This document shows, piece after piece, positions 17,509-26,071 of a DNA stretch of 64,000 nt. The stretch is from a virus. Its lineage: Duplodnaviria > Caudoviricetes. The position numbers and the translations under genes are program-made. The stretch lies in the IMG/VR virus record IMGVR_UViG_2558860244_000005, positions 1 through 64,000 of that record. One strand, given 5' to 3'. Below the pieces are notes generated by a model. The model did no database searches. It was given only the letters and a program-made list of their open reading frames with translations, and was not told the origin of the DNA. Numbering within the stretch: position 1 is the first letter of the stretch; each line of letters opens with the position of its first letter.

Positions 17509-19686
17509 ATGGCCCTCACCATCACCGTCACCAATGCGGGCCGCGCCGCGCTTGTGAACGCCGCCAACACCGGCACCGCTGCGGTCACGATCGCGCAGGT
17601 CGGCGTTTCCGGCGTCGCGGTGGCCCCCAGCCCCACGGCCACCATCCTGCCCGGCGAAAGCAAGCGCATCGCCACCCTCTCGGGCGACGTGGTCGCGGAC
17701 GATACGATTCACATGATCGTCCGAGACGAAGGCACGGCGGTCTACACGGTGCGCAGCTTCGGGCTCTACCTTGCCGACGGCACCCTGTTCGCGATCTACG
17801 GCCAGGCCGATCCGATCCTCGAAAAATCCTCGCAGGCGATCATGCTGCTCGCGATCGACGTCCAGTTCGCCGACGTCGCCGCCGCGCAGCTGACATTCGG
17901 CGACACGAACTTTCTCAACCCGCCCGCAACCACCGAGACGATGGGCGTGGTCGAACTGGCGACCCTTGCCGAGGCCATCGCCGGTCTCGATTCCTCGCGC
18001 GTTCCAGCCGCCAAGATGATGAAGGATGCCGTCGCCGCGTGGATGGATTCCCGGTTCGGCGCGAACAATGCGGGCATCTGGCATCCGGGTAACGATGGCG
18101 CCGGTTCCGGCCTCGACGCCGATTTGCTCGACGGTCAGCATGGCAGCTACTACGCCAATATTCCCGCGCGCCTCGGTTTCTGGCCGGTGCAACAGGGCAC
18201 CGGCTACAGCCAGACGACAAATACCGTCAAGATTGGTTGGAGCAACGCGAGCCGTCTGAAGGCGACCGTTGACACCACCGATCTCGGCAATGTGGTTTTC
18301 GACAGCAACATCGCAGATGTCTGGCGTTCGTCGAACGATGGCGCCGGTTCCGGCCTTGATGCCGACCTGCTCGATGGGCAGGACGGCAGCTACTACACGA
18401 ACATCATCGCTCGGCTCGGCTACCAGCCCTCGAACAGGGCCGGTGACACCTTCACCGGAACGGTCACGGTGCCGAGCCTCCGAATCAACGGCTCCGCCGG
18501 GTCAAACGGATTTTCAGCCGGAACGGGTGACGGTGCCACTTACAGCGTCTTCAACCTCGCCATGGAGTGTTGGTACGGCCTCGGCATCCGGACCTACGAC
18601 GGTTCGGTGAACGGATTTTACGATGCTCGCGCCGGTCGATGGGACGTTAAGTCGGGCTATCGCATCAACGGCGTGGACGTCTGGCACCCGTCGAACGACG
18701 GCGCCGGTTCGGGGATGGATGCCGATCTGCTCGATGGGCAGGACGGTAGCTATTACACCGCGATCCCGGCCCGGCTTGGCTTTACCCCGGTGCAGCAGGG
18801 CACAGGGGTCGGGCACCTGTCTAACGTCATCAAAATCGGTTGGAGCGGATCACGGGTAAAGCTGACTGTCGATTCAACCGATATGGGCGGCCTTGTTACC
18901 GATGCCCACCTTAACAGCGCGGGTTTGCCGCACAACGGATCTGCCATGCGCCGCAATGGCAATGACCTTTGGGGGCCGGATAACGATGGTTCGGGATCGG
19001 GCCTCGACGCCGACTTGCTCGACGGGCTGCATGCCGGGAGCTTTGCGCGCGTCGACCTTGGCTCCGGCGCCGCATTCGCAGGCGGCGTAACCGCACCCTA
19101 TCTGAAGTCGAGCGGGACGGCAGATGTCTCTCAGCAAATGAGCGTGGGCCATCTTGTTGTAACTTACGGCGACCTGGTCATCGCTCGGACGAGCAGCGCG
19201 TGGGGTTATGTCGTCCGGCCAAACGTCGCAGGCGCCCGGAACTTGCAGTTTGCCTGCGAAGGCGCGGTTACGCTCGATAACTGCGAAATCAACGCCTACA
19301 ATGTGACGACGCTCGGCAATAAGGTTTGGAACGCGGGCAACGATGGCGCAGGCTCGGGGCTGGATGCCGATATGCTGGACGGCTACCACGCCAGCGCCTT
19401 TGTCCCTGTCGGCGACCTGTCGGCAAGAGGATGGACCCGCCTGACGAATGGCCTGCTATTGCAGTGGGGAACCCAAACGTTTGGGGCAGACTCCTATGGC
19501 ACAATCAACTTCCCGATCGCGTTTAGCTCGGCCTGTTTTTACATCGGATCGGGCTGCGCAACCGAAGTGGGCAACGGCAACGCCCAGGCTAATGGCCCGC
19601 TCCCCTACTCCGTAACCACCACCTACGCGAGCATGTACAACGCCGCCCCCGCTGCAAACGCCTGGTGGCTGGCGATCGGCGTGTAA
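17509..19686 (+). CDS. Tail fibre protein (gpH-like)
   Basis: N-terminal ITVTNAGRAAL; five NDGxGSGxDADxLDG repeats; C-terminal WTRLTNGLLLQWG; start reassigned to ATG 17509. Confidence 0.9.
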   Translation: MALTITVTNAGRAALVNAANTGTAAVTIAQVGVSGVAVAPSPTATILPGESKRIATLSGDVVADDTIHMIVRDEGTAVYTVRSFGLYLADGTLFAIYGQADPILEKSSQAIMLLAIDVQFADVAAAQLTFGDTNFLNPPATTETMGVVELATLAEAIAGLDSSRVPAAKMMKDAVAAWMDSRFGANNAGIWHPGNDGAGSGLDADLLDGQHGSYYANIPARLGFWPVQQGTGYSQTTNTVKIGWSNASRLKATVDTTDLGNVVFDSNIADVWRSSNDGAGSGLDADLLDGQDGSYYTNIIARLGYQPSNRAGDTFTGTVTVPSLRINGSAGSNGFSAGTGDGATYSVFNLAMECWYGLGIRTYDGSVNGFYDARAGRWDVKSGYRINGVDVWHPSNDGAGSGMDADLLDGQDGSYYTAIPARLGFTPVQQGTGVGHLSNVIKIGWSGSRVKLTVDSTDMGGLVTDAHLNSAGLPHNGSAMRRNGNDLWGPDNDGSGSGLDADLLDGLHAGSFARVDLGSGAAFAGGVTAPYLKSSGTADVSQQMSVGHLVVTYGDLVIARTSSAWGYVVRPNVAGARNLQFACEGAVTLDNCEINAYNVTTLGNKVWNAGNDGAGSGLDADMLDGYHASAFVPVGDLSARGWTRLTNGLLLQWGTQTFGADSYGTINFPIAFSSACFYIGSGCATEVGNGNAQANGPLPYSVTTTYASMYNAAPAANAWWLAIGV

Positions 19687-19698
19687 GGACTAAAAACC

Positions 19699-20082
19699 AT
19701 GGCCCTCTTTTTCAGCGCCGCGACCCTCGGCTTTTATGACGACACCGTTCACGCCACCATGCCGCCCGACGTGCGGCCGATCACCCGCGACGCGCATACC
19801 GCCATCATGGACGCCGCGAGTTCGGGCATGATGATTGCGGCAAACGACAACGGCGACCCGATTGCCGTTCCGCCGCCGCCCCCACCTGCGGATCAACTCG
19901 CCCGCCAGCTGCGCACCAAGCGCGACAAGCTGCTCGCCGCGTCGGACTTCACGCAAGTACCCGATAGCCCCTTCACCGCCGCCGAGCGCGAGGAATGGCG
20001 GCTCTATCGGCAGGCCCTGCGCGACCTCCCCGAAACCACCCTCGATCCGTCCGCCGTCGCTTGGCCGAACGCTCCCGCCTGA
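19699..20082 (+). CDS. Tail fibre assembly chaperone
   Basis: LRTKRDKLLAASDFTQVPDSP...WRLYRQALRDLP. Confidence 0.85.
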   Translation: MALFFSAATLGFYDDTVHATMPPDVRPITRDAHTAIMDAASSGMMIAANDNGDPIAVPPPPPPADQLARQLRTKRDKLLAASDFTQVPDSPFTAAEREEWRLYRQALRDLPETTLDPSAVAWPNAPA

Positions 20083-20092
20083 AAGGAACACA

Positions 20093-20356
20093 ATGTCCGA
20101 CCTGAAGATCAAGATCGGCGCCTACGACGCCACCACCCGCTCCGTGCCGGTCACGTTCACCAGCGGTGACATCAAGCACATGCGCTCGGTGAACGCCGTC
20201 CTGAAGGACGACGGGGCTTACGACAAAGCGGCTACGAAGGCCCGCGTCGACGAAGTGGCGCGCGGTGTGGCTCACAAGATCATCCTCGGCGTCCTGACCA
20301 TGCCGGTTGTGGAGGAGGCCGCAACGTCGGTCGCCGATTCCGCTGCTGCTAAGTAA
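20093..20356 (+). CDS. Hypothetical protein (87 aa)
   Basis: RBS AGGAA; MSDLKIKIGAYDATTRSVPVTF...; high-GC codon usage. Confidence 0.7.
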   Translation: MSDLKIKIGAYDATTRSVPVTFTSGDIKHMRSVNAVLKDDGAYDKAATKARVDEVARGVAHKIILGVLTMPVVEEAATSVADSAAAK

Positions 20357-20530
20357 GTGATCGGCGGCACTTCACGCCGCCATAATTCCCCTTTACGGAA
20401 GGGGGTCTCGGATGTTCCCGCATCTCGAAACCAGCGAGCCTGCACTCGCACTCTCCGGGCAGCGCGCCTACCCCTTCAAGCACCCTTCCGCGTCTCAGGC
20501 GCGGAAGGGACATCGTGCAGGATCAATCAC

Positions 20531-21346
20531 ATGTCTACCCCTTTTGTTCTCGTTCGACCTGTTTCTCCCCCGGCCGGTTATATCGGGGGAAAACGGAACC
20601 TCTCCAAGCGCATCTGCGCCATTCTCGACCGCACTCCACACACCAGCTACGCCGAGCCTTTCGTGGGCATGGGCGGCATCTTCCTGCGCCGTTCGCGGCG
20701 CCCGAAGGCCGAGGCGATCAACGATATTTCCGGTGACGTAGTGGGCCTGTTCCGCTGCCTCGCCGAGCACTATCCCTATCTCGTCGACATGCTGCGCTTC
20801 CGCATTACCAGCAGGGCCGAGTTCGAGCGCCTGCTCGGACAGGATCCCGAACGGCTGACCGACCTGCAGCGCGCGGTGCGTTTTCTCTACCTCCAGCGCC
20901 TGGCCTTCGGCGGCAAGGTCTCGGGCCGCACCTTCGGCGTCAGTGCCTCGGCACCCGCCCGCTTCGACGTCAGCAAGATCGAGCCGATGCTCGCCGACAT
21001 CCATGACCGCCTGCAGTCGGTTGTGATCGAGCGCCTGCCCTACAGCGACTTCATCCGCCGGTATGACCGCGAAGGCGCCCTGTTCTACCTCGATCCGCCC
21101 TATTGGGCCTGCGAGAAGGACTATGGCCCCGACGTCTTCACCCGCGAGGACTTCGCCGCGCTCGCCGACCAGCTGGCGGGCATCAAGGGCAAGTTCCTGA
21201 TGTCGCTCAACGACAATGAGGGTGTGCGCCAGACCTTCGGCCGCTTCATCGTGGCGCCGATCAACACGACCTACAGCATCGGGGCAGCCTCGCGCCCGGC
21301 GCGCGAGGTGTTGATCAGCAACTACCCACCGGCCGCAAACGATTGA
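20531..21346 (+). CDS. Orphan DNA adenine methyltransferase (D12/Dam-like class)
   Basis: YIGGKRNL, YAEPFVGMGGIF (SAM motif), FYLDPPY (catalytic). Confidence 0.92.
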   Translation: MSTPFVLVRPVSPPAGYIGGKRNLSKRICAILDRTPHTSYAEPFVGMGGIFLRRSRRPKAEAINDISGDVVGLFRCLAEHYPYLVDMLRFRITSRAEFERLLGQDPERLTDLQRAVRFLYLQRLAFGGKVSGRTFGVSASAPARFDVSKIEPMLADIHDRLQSVVIERLPYSDFIRRYDREGALFYLDPPYWACEKDYGPDVFTREDFAALADQLAGIKGKFLMSLNDNEGVRQTFGRFIVAPINTTYSIGAASRPAREVLISNYPPAAND

Positions 21347-21348
21347 AA

Positions 21349-21420
21349 CTAAAAGTTAGCTGACCGACAAAATTCCGCTTGCAGTTTTGCTGGCCAGCTA
21401 ATATTTAGCTGACCAGCAAA
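21349..21420. promoter_or_regulatory. Palindromic operator(s) over the promoter of the XRE-ImmA module
   Basis: TTTGCTGGCCAGCTAA-TAT-TTAGCTGACCAGCAAA (15/16 arm match, 21386-21420) and a partial CTAA-AAG-TTAGCTGACC (21349-21365). Confidence 0.7.
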
Positions 21421-21484
21421 CTTTTCCGGCTCGTCGGCGTTGGGACAATGAGCGGAGGGTTTGTCGGTTCACTAGGAGAAGATC

Positions 21485-21847
21485 ATGAACCAGTTTGGGA
21501 AATTGCTTCGGCAGGAGCGCAAGGAACGTCAGATGACGCTCGGCGATCTCGCAAAGAAGCTGGGCATGAGTGTTCCTTACCTCAGCCAGATCGAAACTGG
21601 AATTAAAGCTGTACAGGAAGATTTGGTCGAAAAAATCGTCCGAGAATTGGGGTTGATCGGCGATGACGCAAATAAAATTCATCGCGCCGCTGCGCTGACA
21701 AGAAGCATGTTTTCGATCCGATTGGCAGGTAATGCCAAAGCAGAAGACCGAGTGCTTGCGGCTTCGTTAGCCTCCGGCTTTGCTCGCTTGTCGCCGGAAC
21801 GGAAAGAAGAGCTTCGCCGGATCATGGAGGATGTCACTCGTGGATAA
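21485..21847 (+). CDS. XRE-family HTH regulator
   Basis: FGKLLRQERKERQMTLGDLAKKLGMSVPYLSQIETG. Confidence 0.9.
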   Translation: MNQFGKLLRQERKERQMTLGDLAKKLGMSVPYLSQIETGIKAVQEDLVEKIVRELGLIGDDANKIHRAAALTRSMFSIRLAGNAKAEDRVLAASLASGFARLSPERKEELRRIMEDVTRG

Positions 21848-22445
21848 TGGTCGTATTGTGGCTCGTCGCACTCGCCGTGAAATCGAACGTATTGCTGCTG
21901 AAGCGCGCGCTGACTTGGGCCTTTCGCCCGATGGCAGAGTGTCGATGCTTCCTATCCTCGAGCAGGTTCTCTACGAAGTTATCGAAGGTTACGATTTTCG
22001 CGTCTGCGAGGACCGCGAGATGGGTAACATGGAAGGTCTTACCGACGACCTTAAGCCGATCATCTATCTCAAAAACAGTACGTACCTTGCGCTCGAACGC
22101 GGCGAAAATCGGCCCCGCATGACCGCTGCGCACGAGTTTGGGCATTTGTTGATGCACTGTCAGATGCCCACTTATCGTGCATTCTCGACCGAGTACGACC
22201 CGCTCTACGACCCGGAGCGCCAAGCCAATGTTTTCGCAGCAGCCTTTTTGATGCCGGAGGATGCGTTTCGACGCTGCACAACGGTCAAGGAAGCGATGAA
22301 GGCATTTGGCGTAAGCGCCGACGCAGTTCTGGTCCGCGCACGCAACCTCGAACACAAGCTTACGCAGGAACGCGCAATTCTGACTGTTAAGCCGGTCCGG
22401 AAATTGAACAAGAAAAAGGGGACTAGCAAGCGCAAGTCCCCCTAG
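21831..22445 (+). CDS. ImmA/IrrE-family Zn metallopeptidase
   Basis: RMTAAHEFGHLLMH (HExxH), ERQANVFAAAFLMP; start ATG 21831 or GTG 21840. Confidence 0.92.
   Translation: MSLVDNGRIVARRTRREIERIAAEARADLGLSPDGRVSMLPILEQVLYEVIEGYDFRVCEDREMGNMEGLTDDLKPIIYLKNSTYLALERGENRPRMTAAHEFGHLLMHCQMPTYRAFSTEYDPLYDPERQANVFAAAFLMPEDAFRRCTTVKEAMKAFGVSADAVLVRARNLEHKLTQERAILTVKPVRKLNKKKGTSKRKSP
22409..22441 (-). terminator. Possible minus-strand intrinsic terminator overlapping the ImmA 3' end
   Basis: Minus strand GGGGACT-loop-AGTCCCC followed by TTTTTCTT. Confidence 0.45.
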
Positions 22446-22576
22446 GAAAAGCCTGGATCAGAAGCGGCCCCTGAAAAGGGTGAGCTATCCTAAACCGACT
22501 CAATGCAAGCGCCGAAATAGGCGCAAACGGTTACGGAAGCAAGAACGAGCGGCCGCAAAAAAGTAGGAGACCCATT

Positions 22577-22705
22577 GTGGCCACCACTCCTCCCCCTGGG
22601 AAGAAGTGGGTGTTCGTGAAGTGGACGACTACCAAGAGCGGAAAGCGCATCCATGCCAGCTGGTATGGCAAGAAGGCTTTCCCGATCTTGGTGGACGACA
22701 TCTGA
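22577..22705 (+). CDS. 42-aa basic aromatic peptide
   Basis: RBS AGGAGA, GTG start; MATTPPPGKKWVFVKWTTTKSGKRIHASWYGKKAFPILVDDI; absent from the ORF track. Confidence 0.72.
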   Translation: MATTPPPGKKWVFVKWTTTKSGKRIHASWYGKKAFPILVDDI

Positions 22706-22789
22706 CGTACACCTAGTTCGATCCTGACTTTCAAACTGGCTCTGAGCGCAAGCTCAGAGCCAGTGGCTTATTGTCGCTGCAGTACTTGG

Positions 22790-22817
22790 GCATTTGGACA
22801 GCCGCCCAGCCAAATGC
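22790..22817 (+). promoter_or_regulatory. Putative Ogr-type late-promoter site upstream of V
   Basis: Perfect GCATTTGG-N12-CCAAATGC. Confidence 0.65.
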
Positions 22818-22858
22818 AGCCCCGCGAAAGCTGATGCTTCTCGCGCCATGGTCGCACG

Positions 22859-23413
22859 ATGGCACAATCCAACGACCATGAGCAGCTGACCGGCGAGGTC
22901 ATTCAGGTGGGCACTGTTGCGTCCATCGACCACGCCGCGCGGACCTGCACCGTCCAGCTGGGCGATCTCGAAACCAGCGATTTGCCATGGGTCGCCCTGC
23001 TCGCCGGGCGCGTGAAACTCTGGTGCCCGCCCTGCGCAGGCGAACAGTGCGCCGTCCTGTGCCCCGAGGGCGATCTCGACAACGGCCTTGTCCTGCCTGG
23101 CATCTACTCGGACGCCAATTCGCCAAGCACGTCGGACCCCGACGTCTTCGAACTCGAATTCCCTGATAGCGCCGTCATTTCCTACAACCACGCGACGCAC
23201 GCGCTCACCGTCACCCTGCCCGCAGGCGGCACCGCCGCGCTGACCGCGCCCGGCGGCGTCACGATCGAGGGCGACGTCGCGATCAAGGGCAATGTCTCGA
23301 TCGAGGGCAAGGCCGAAGCGTCCGAGGACGTCATCGGCGGCGGAATCAGCCTCAAGAGCCACAAGCACACCGGCGTTGCCGCTGGCTCCGCCCAGAGTGG
23401 AACCGCCGTCTGA
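22859..23413 (+). CDS. gpV: Baseplate assembly / spike protein V
   Basis: IQVGTVASID...LPWVALLAG...WCPPCAGEQ...SLKSHKHTGV. Confidence 0.93.
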   Translation: MAQSNDHEQLTGEVIQVGTVASIDHAARTCTVQLGDLETSDLPWVALLAGRVKLWCPPCAGEQCAVLCPEGDLDNGLVLPGIYSDANSPSTSDPDVFELEFPDSAVISYNHATHALTVTLPAGGTAALTAPGGVTIEGDVAIKGNVSIEGKAEASEDVIGGGISLKSHKHTGVAAGSAQSGTAV

Positions 23414-23760
23414 TGGCCGCCATGGACGAGACCACCGGCGAACTGATCGAGGGCGACGACGATATCCGCCAGTCGGCAGGAATCATCCTGCGCACCCGCA
23501 TCGGCTCGTGCGTCGGCCGCCGCGAGTTCGGCTCGCTGGTGCCGGACCTGATCGACCAGCCCATGACCCGCGCGAACATCCTGCGGATCTACGCGGCCAC
23601 CGTTATCGCCCTCACCCGCTGGGAAGACCGCATCCGCCTAGATCAGGTCGGCCTCATGGCCGGTGCCACGCGCGGCTCTGCCGTCGTCGTTCTCGACACC
23701 CGGCACACCGGCACCGCGTCGAACGCCCGCTCCCGCCTTCTCGTGCCCGTCTCTCTCTAA
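23413..23760 (+). CDS. gpW: Baseplate protein W (gp25-like)
   Basis: IRQSAGIILRTRIGSCVGRREFGSLVPDLIDQP...RWEDRI. Confidence 0.9.
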   Translation: MAAMDETTGELIEGDDDIRQSAGIILRTRIGSCVGRREFGSLVPDLIDQPMTRANILRIYAATVIALTRWEDRIRLDQVGLMAGATRGSAVVVLDTRHTGTASNARSRLLVPVSL

Positions 23761-23775
23761 CCAAGGATCCTGTTC

Positions 23776-24948
23776 ATGGCCTTCAAGCACGGCATTACCC
23801 TCACCGAGATCAGCGACGGCGCCCGAACGCTCACCGCAGTCTCCACTTCCATCATCGGCCTGGTCGCCACCGGCGCCGACGCCGATGCCACCACGTTCCC
23901 GCTCGACACCCCCGCGCTCGTCACCGACATCGAGACGGCGATCGGCAAGGCGGGCACGGACGGCACGCTGGCCAAGTCCCTGCGCGCTATCGCCGACCAG
24001 ACCCGTGCGGTTGTTGTTGTCGTGCGCGTCGAGGAAGGCGTGGACGCGGCCGAAACCGCCAGCAATGTCATCGGCACCACGACGCCCGAGGGCAAGAAGA
24101 CGGGCATGCAGGCCCTGCTCGATGCGAAGTCGCATGTGGGCGTGAAGCCCAAGATCCTGGGCACCCCCGGCCTCGAAACGCAGGCGGTGACCAGCGCCCT
24201 CGTCGTTATCGCCAAGAAGCTGCGCGGCTTTGCCTACGCCCGCGTCGTCGCCGATACCGTGGCCGAAGCGTCGCTCTACCGCGCCAACTTCTCCGCGCGC
24301 GAACTGATGCTGCTGATGCCGGACTTCCTGCTGTTCGACACCGCAACCAGCACCAACGTCACCGGCTACGCCGCCGCCTATGCCATGGGCCTGCGGGCGC
24401 TGATCGACACCCAGACCGGCCCACACAAGACGCTCTCGAACATCGCCGTCAGCGGCGTCGTCGGCGTCAGCCAGCCCATCCGCTGGGATATCGAGGATGA
24501 CACCAGCGAGGCCAACCTCCTCAACGCTTCCGAGGTCACTGCGCTGGTCCGCACCGATGACGGCTTCCGGTTCTGGGGCAACCGCACCTGCTCGGACGAT
24601 CCGCTGTTCGCGTTCGAAAGCACGGTGCGCGTCGCCCAGCTGCTCGCCGACACGGTGGTCGCGGGCATGCTCTGGGCCATCGACAAGCCGCTGAACCCGG
24701 CGCTCGCCAAGGATATCGTCGAGACCGTCAACGGCTTCGGCCGCCAGCTGAAGACGCAGGGCATCGTGCTCGGCTTCAACGCCAAGTACGACGAGGCGAA
24801 CAACAGCACCGCCAGCCTCAAGGCGGGCAAGCTGCGCATCGACTATGACTACACGGTGCCGCCGCCGCTCGAAGACCTCGGCTTCAACCAGCGCATCACC
24901 GACAGCTACTTCGCGGACTTCGCGAACCAGCTGGCCGAAGCGGCCTGA
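23776..24948 (+). CDS. gpFI: Tail sheath protein FI
   Basis: FKHGI...VKPKILGTPG...FRFWGNRTCSDDPLFAFE...YDYTVPPPLEDL. Confidence 0.95.
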   Translation: MAFKHGITLTEISDGARTLTAVSTSIIGLVATGADADATTFPLDTPALVTDIETAIGKAGTDGTLAKSLRAIADQTRAVVVVVRVEEGVDAAETASNVIGTTTPEGKKTGMQALLDAKSHVGVKPKILGTPGLETQAVTSALVVIAKKLRGFAYARVVADTVAEASLYRANFSARELMLLMPDFLLFDTATSTNVTGYAAAYAMGLRALIDTQTGPHKTLSNIAVSGVVGVSQPIRWDIEDDTSEANLLNASEVTALVRTDDGFRFWGNRTCSDDPLFAFESTVRVAQLLADTVVAGMLWAIDKPLNPALAKDIVETVNGFGRQLKTQGIVLGFNAKYDEANNSTASLKAGKLRIDYDYTVPPPLEDLGFNQRITDSYFADFANQLAEAA

Positions 24949-24987
24949 TCCGGCCGCCCTTCCCCAAATCGATCATAGGAGCCAGCC

Positions 24988-25500
24988 ATGGGATTCCCCC
25001 GCGTCCTCAAGGATCAGATGCTGTTCAACGAAGGCAATGACTACCAGGGCGATGCCAAGACGGTCGGCCTGCCCAACCTCACCCGCAAGATGGAGGAGTA
25101 TCGCGGCGCCGGTATGAGCGGCGCCGTTTCTCTCGATATGGGCCAGGAGGCCATGGAGGCTTCCATGACCTTCGCCGGGCCGATGCGCGACATCATCCGC
25201 CAGTACGGCACGCCCACGGTGGACGGCGTCTACATGCGCTTCGCCGGGAACTACCAGCGCGACGACACCGCTGAAATCGACACCGTCGAAGTGATCCTGC
25301 GCGGCCGGTTCTCGGAGATTGAGTTCGGCGATCAGGAAACCGGCGAGGTCGGCGACTTCAAGGCCACCATGGCCGTCGCTTACTACAAGCTGGTCTGGAA
25401 TGGCCGCACCGAGATCGAGATCGACCCGATCAACATGGTCGAAGTCGTCAACGGCATCGACCTGCTCGCCGCGCGCCGCAACGCCCTCGGCATGTTCTGA
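24988..25500 (+). CDS. gpFII: Tail tube protein FII
   Basis: LPNLTRKMEEYRGAGM...YYKL...IEIDPINM. Confidence 0.95.
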   Translation: MGFPRVLKDQMLFNEGNDYQGDAKTVGLPNLTRKMEEYRGAGMSGAVSLDMGQEAMEASMTFAGPMRDIIRQYGTPTVDGVYMRFAGNYQRDDTAEIDTVEVILRGRFSEIEFGDQETGEVGDFKATMAVAYYKLVWNGRTEIEIDPINMVEVVNGIDLLAARRNALGMF

Positions 25501-25571
25501 TCCCTTGGCCCGGCCACACGCCGGGCCGCCTCCCCTTCCCCGCCGAACTATTCTGACATCGGAGATCCACA

Positions 25572-25922
25572 ATGACCCGTACCAAGGCAAATCTGGCCGC
25601 ATCGACCGCGATCGCCACCGCCGCTACCCCGGAAGTTCGCACCGTCACGCTCGACGCACCGTTCACGCGCGGCGAAACCAAGATTGAGACCGTGCTTGTC
25701 CGCAAGCCCAAGTCCGGCTCGCTGCGCGGCCTCTCGCTGTCGGGCCTCCTCAACCTCGAATACGGCGCGCTGGAAACGCTGCTGCCGCGCATCACCGATC
25801 CAATGCTGTCGAAGCAGGATATCGCCAACCTCGATCCCGCCGACCTCACCCAGCTGGGCAGCGAGGTCATGGATTTTTTGCTGCCGAAGGGCGCGAAGCA
25901 GGATCTCTCCCAGCGGACGTAA
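25572..25922 (+). CDS. gpE: Tail assembly chaperone E
   Basis: VTLDAPFTRG...LRGLSL...LLPRITDP...LDPADLTQL. Confidence 0.9.
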   Translation: MTRTKANLAASTAIATAATPEVRTVTLDAPFTRGETKIETVLVRKPKSGSLRGLSLSGLLNLEYGALETLLPRITDPMLSKQDIANLDPADLTQLGSEVMDFLLPKGAKQDLSQRT

Positions 25923-26071
25923 CCGACGCCATGGCTGACATCGCCAGCGTCTTCAGCTGGCCGCCGTCCGAGATGGACGGGTGGCCGATTGCCGAACTGA
26001 TGATCTGGCGCGCGAAAGCCGAAAAGCGCGCCGGGTCTGCCGGCACCTCACCGAAGCACGGGAAACGATAA
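25874..26071 (+). CDS. E' extension reached by -1 frameshift at TTTTTTG (gpE+E')
   Basis: T6G at 25874-25880; -1 frame gives MADIASVFSWPPSEMDGWPIAELMIWRAKA, the P2 GpE' pattern. Confidence 0.82.
   Translation, partial: FFAAEGREAGSLPADVTDAMADIASVFSWPPSEMDGWPIAELMIWRAKAEKRAGSAGTSPKHGKR

Noticed and set aside
17509-19686. Diversity-generating retroelement or invertible tail-fibre cassette
   Set aside because: No reverse transcriptase or invertase nearby, and the repeats are diverged in-frame protein repeats rather than adenine-specific TR/VR pairs.
20357-20530. Mu Com-like translational activator upstream of the MTase
   Set aside because: No CxxC...CxxC ORF in any forward frame; the 58-codon N-terminal extension in the ORF track looks non-coding.
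20531-21346. Restriction-modification system
   Set aside because: No adjacent endonuclease; the neighbours are an XRE regulator and a peptidase.
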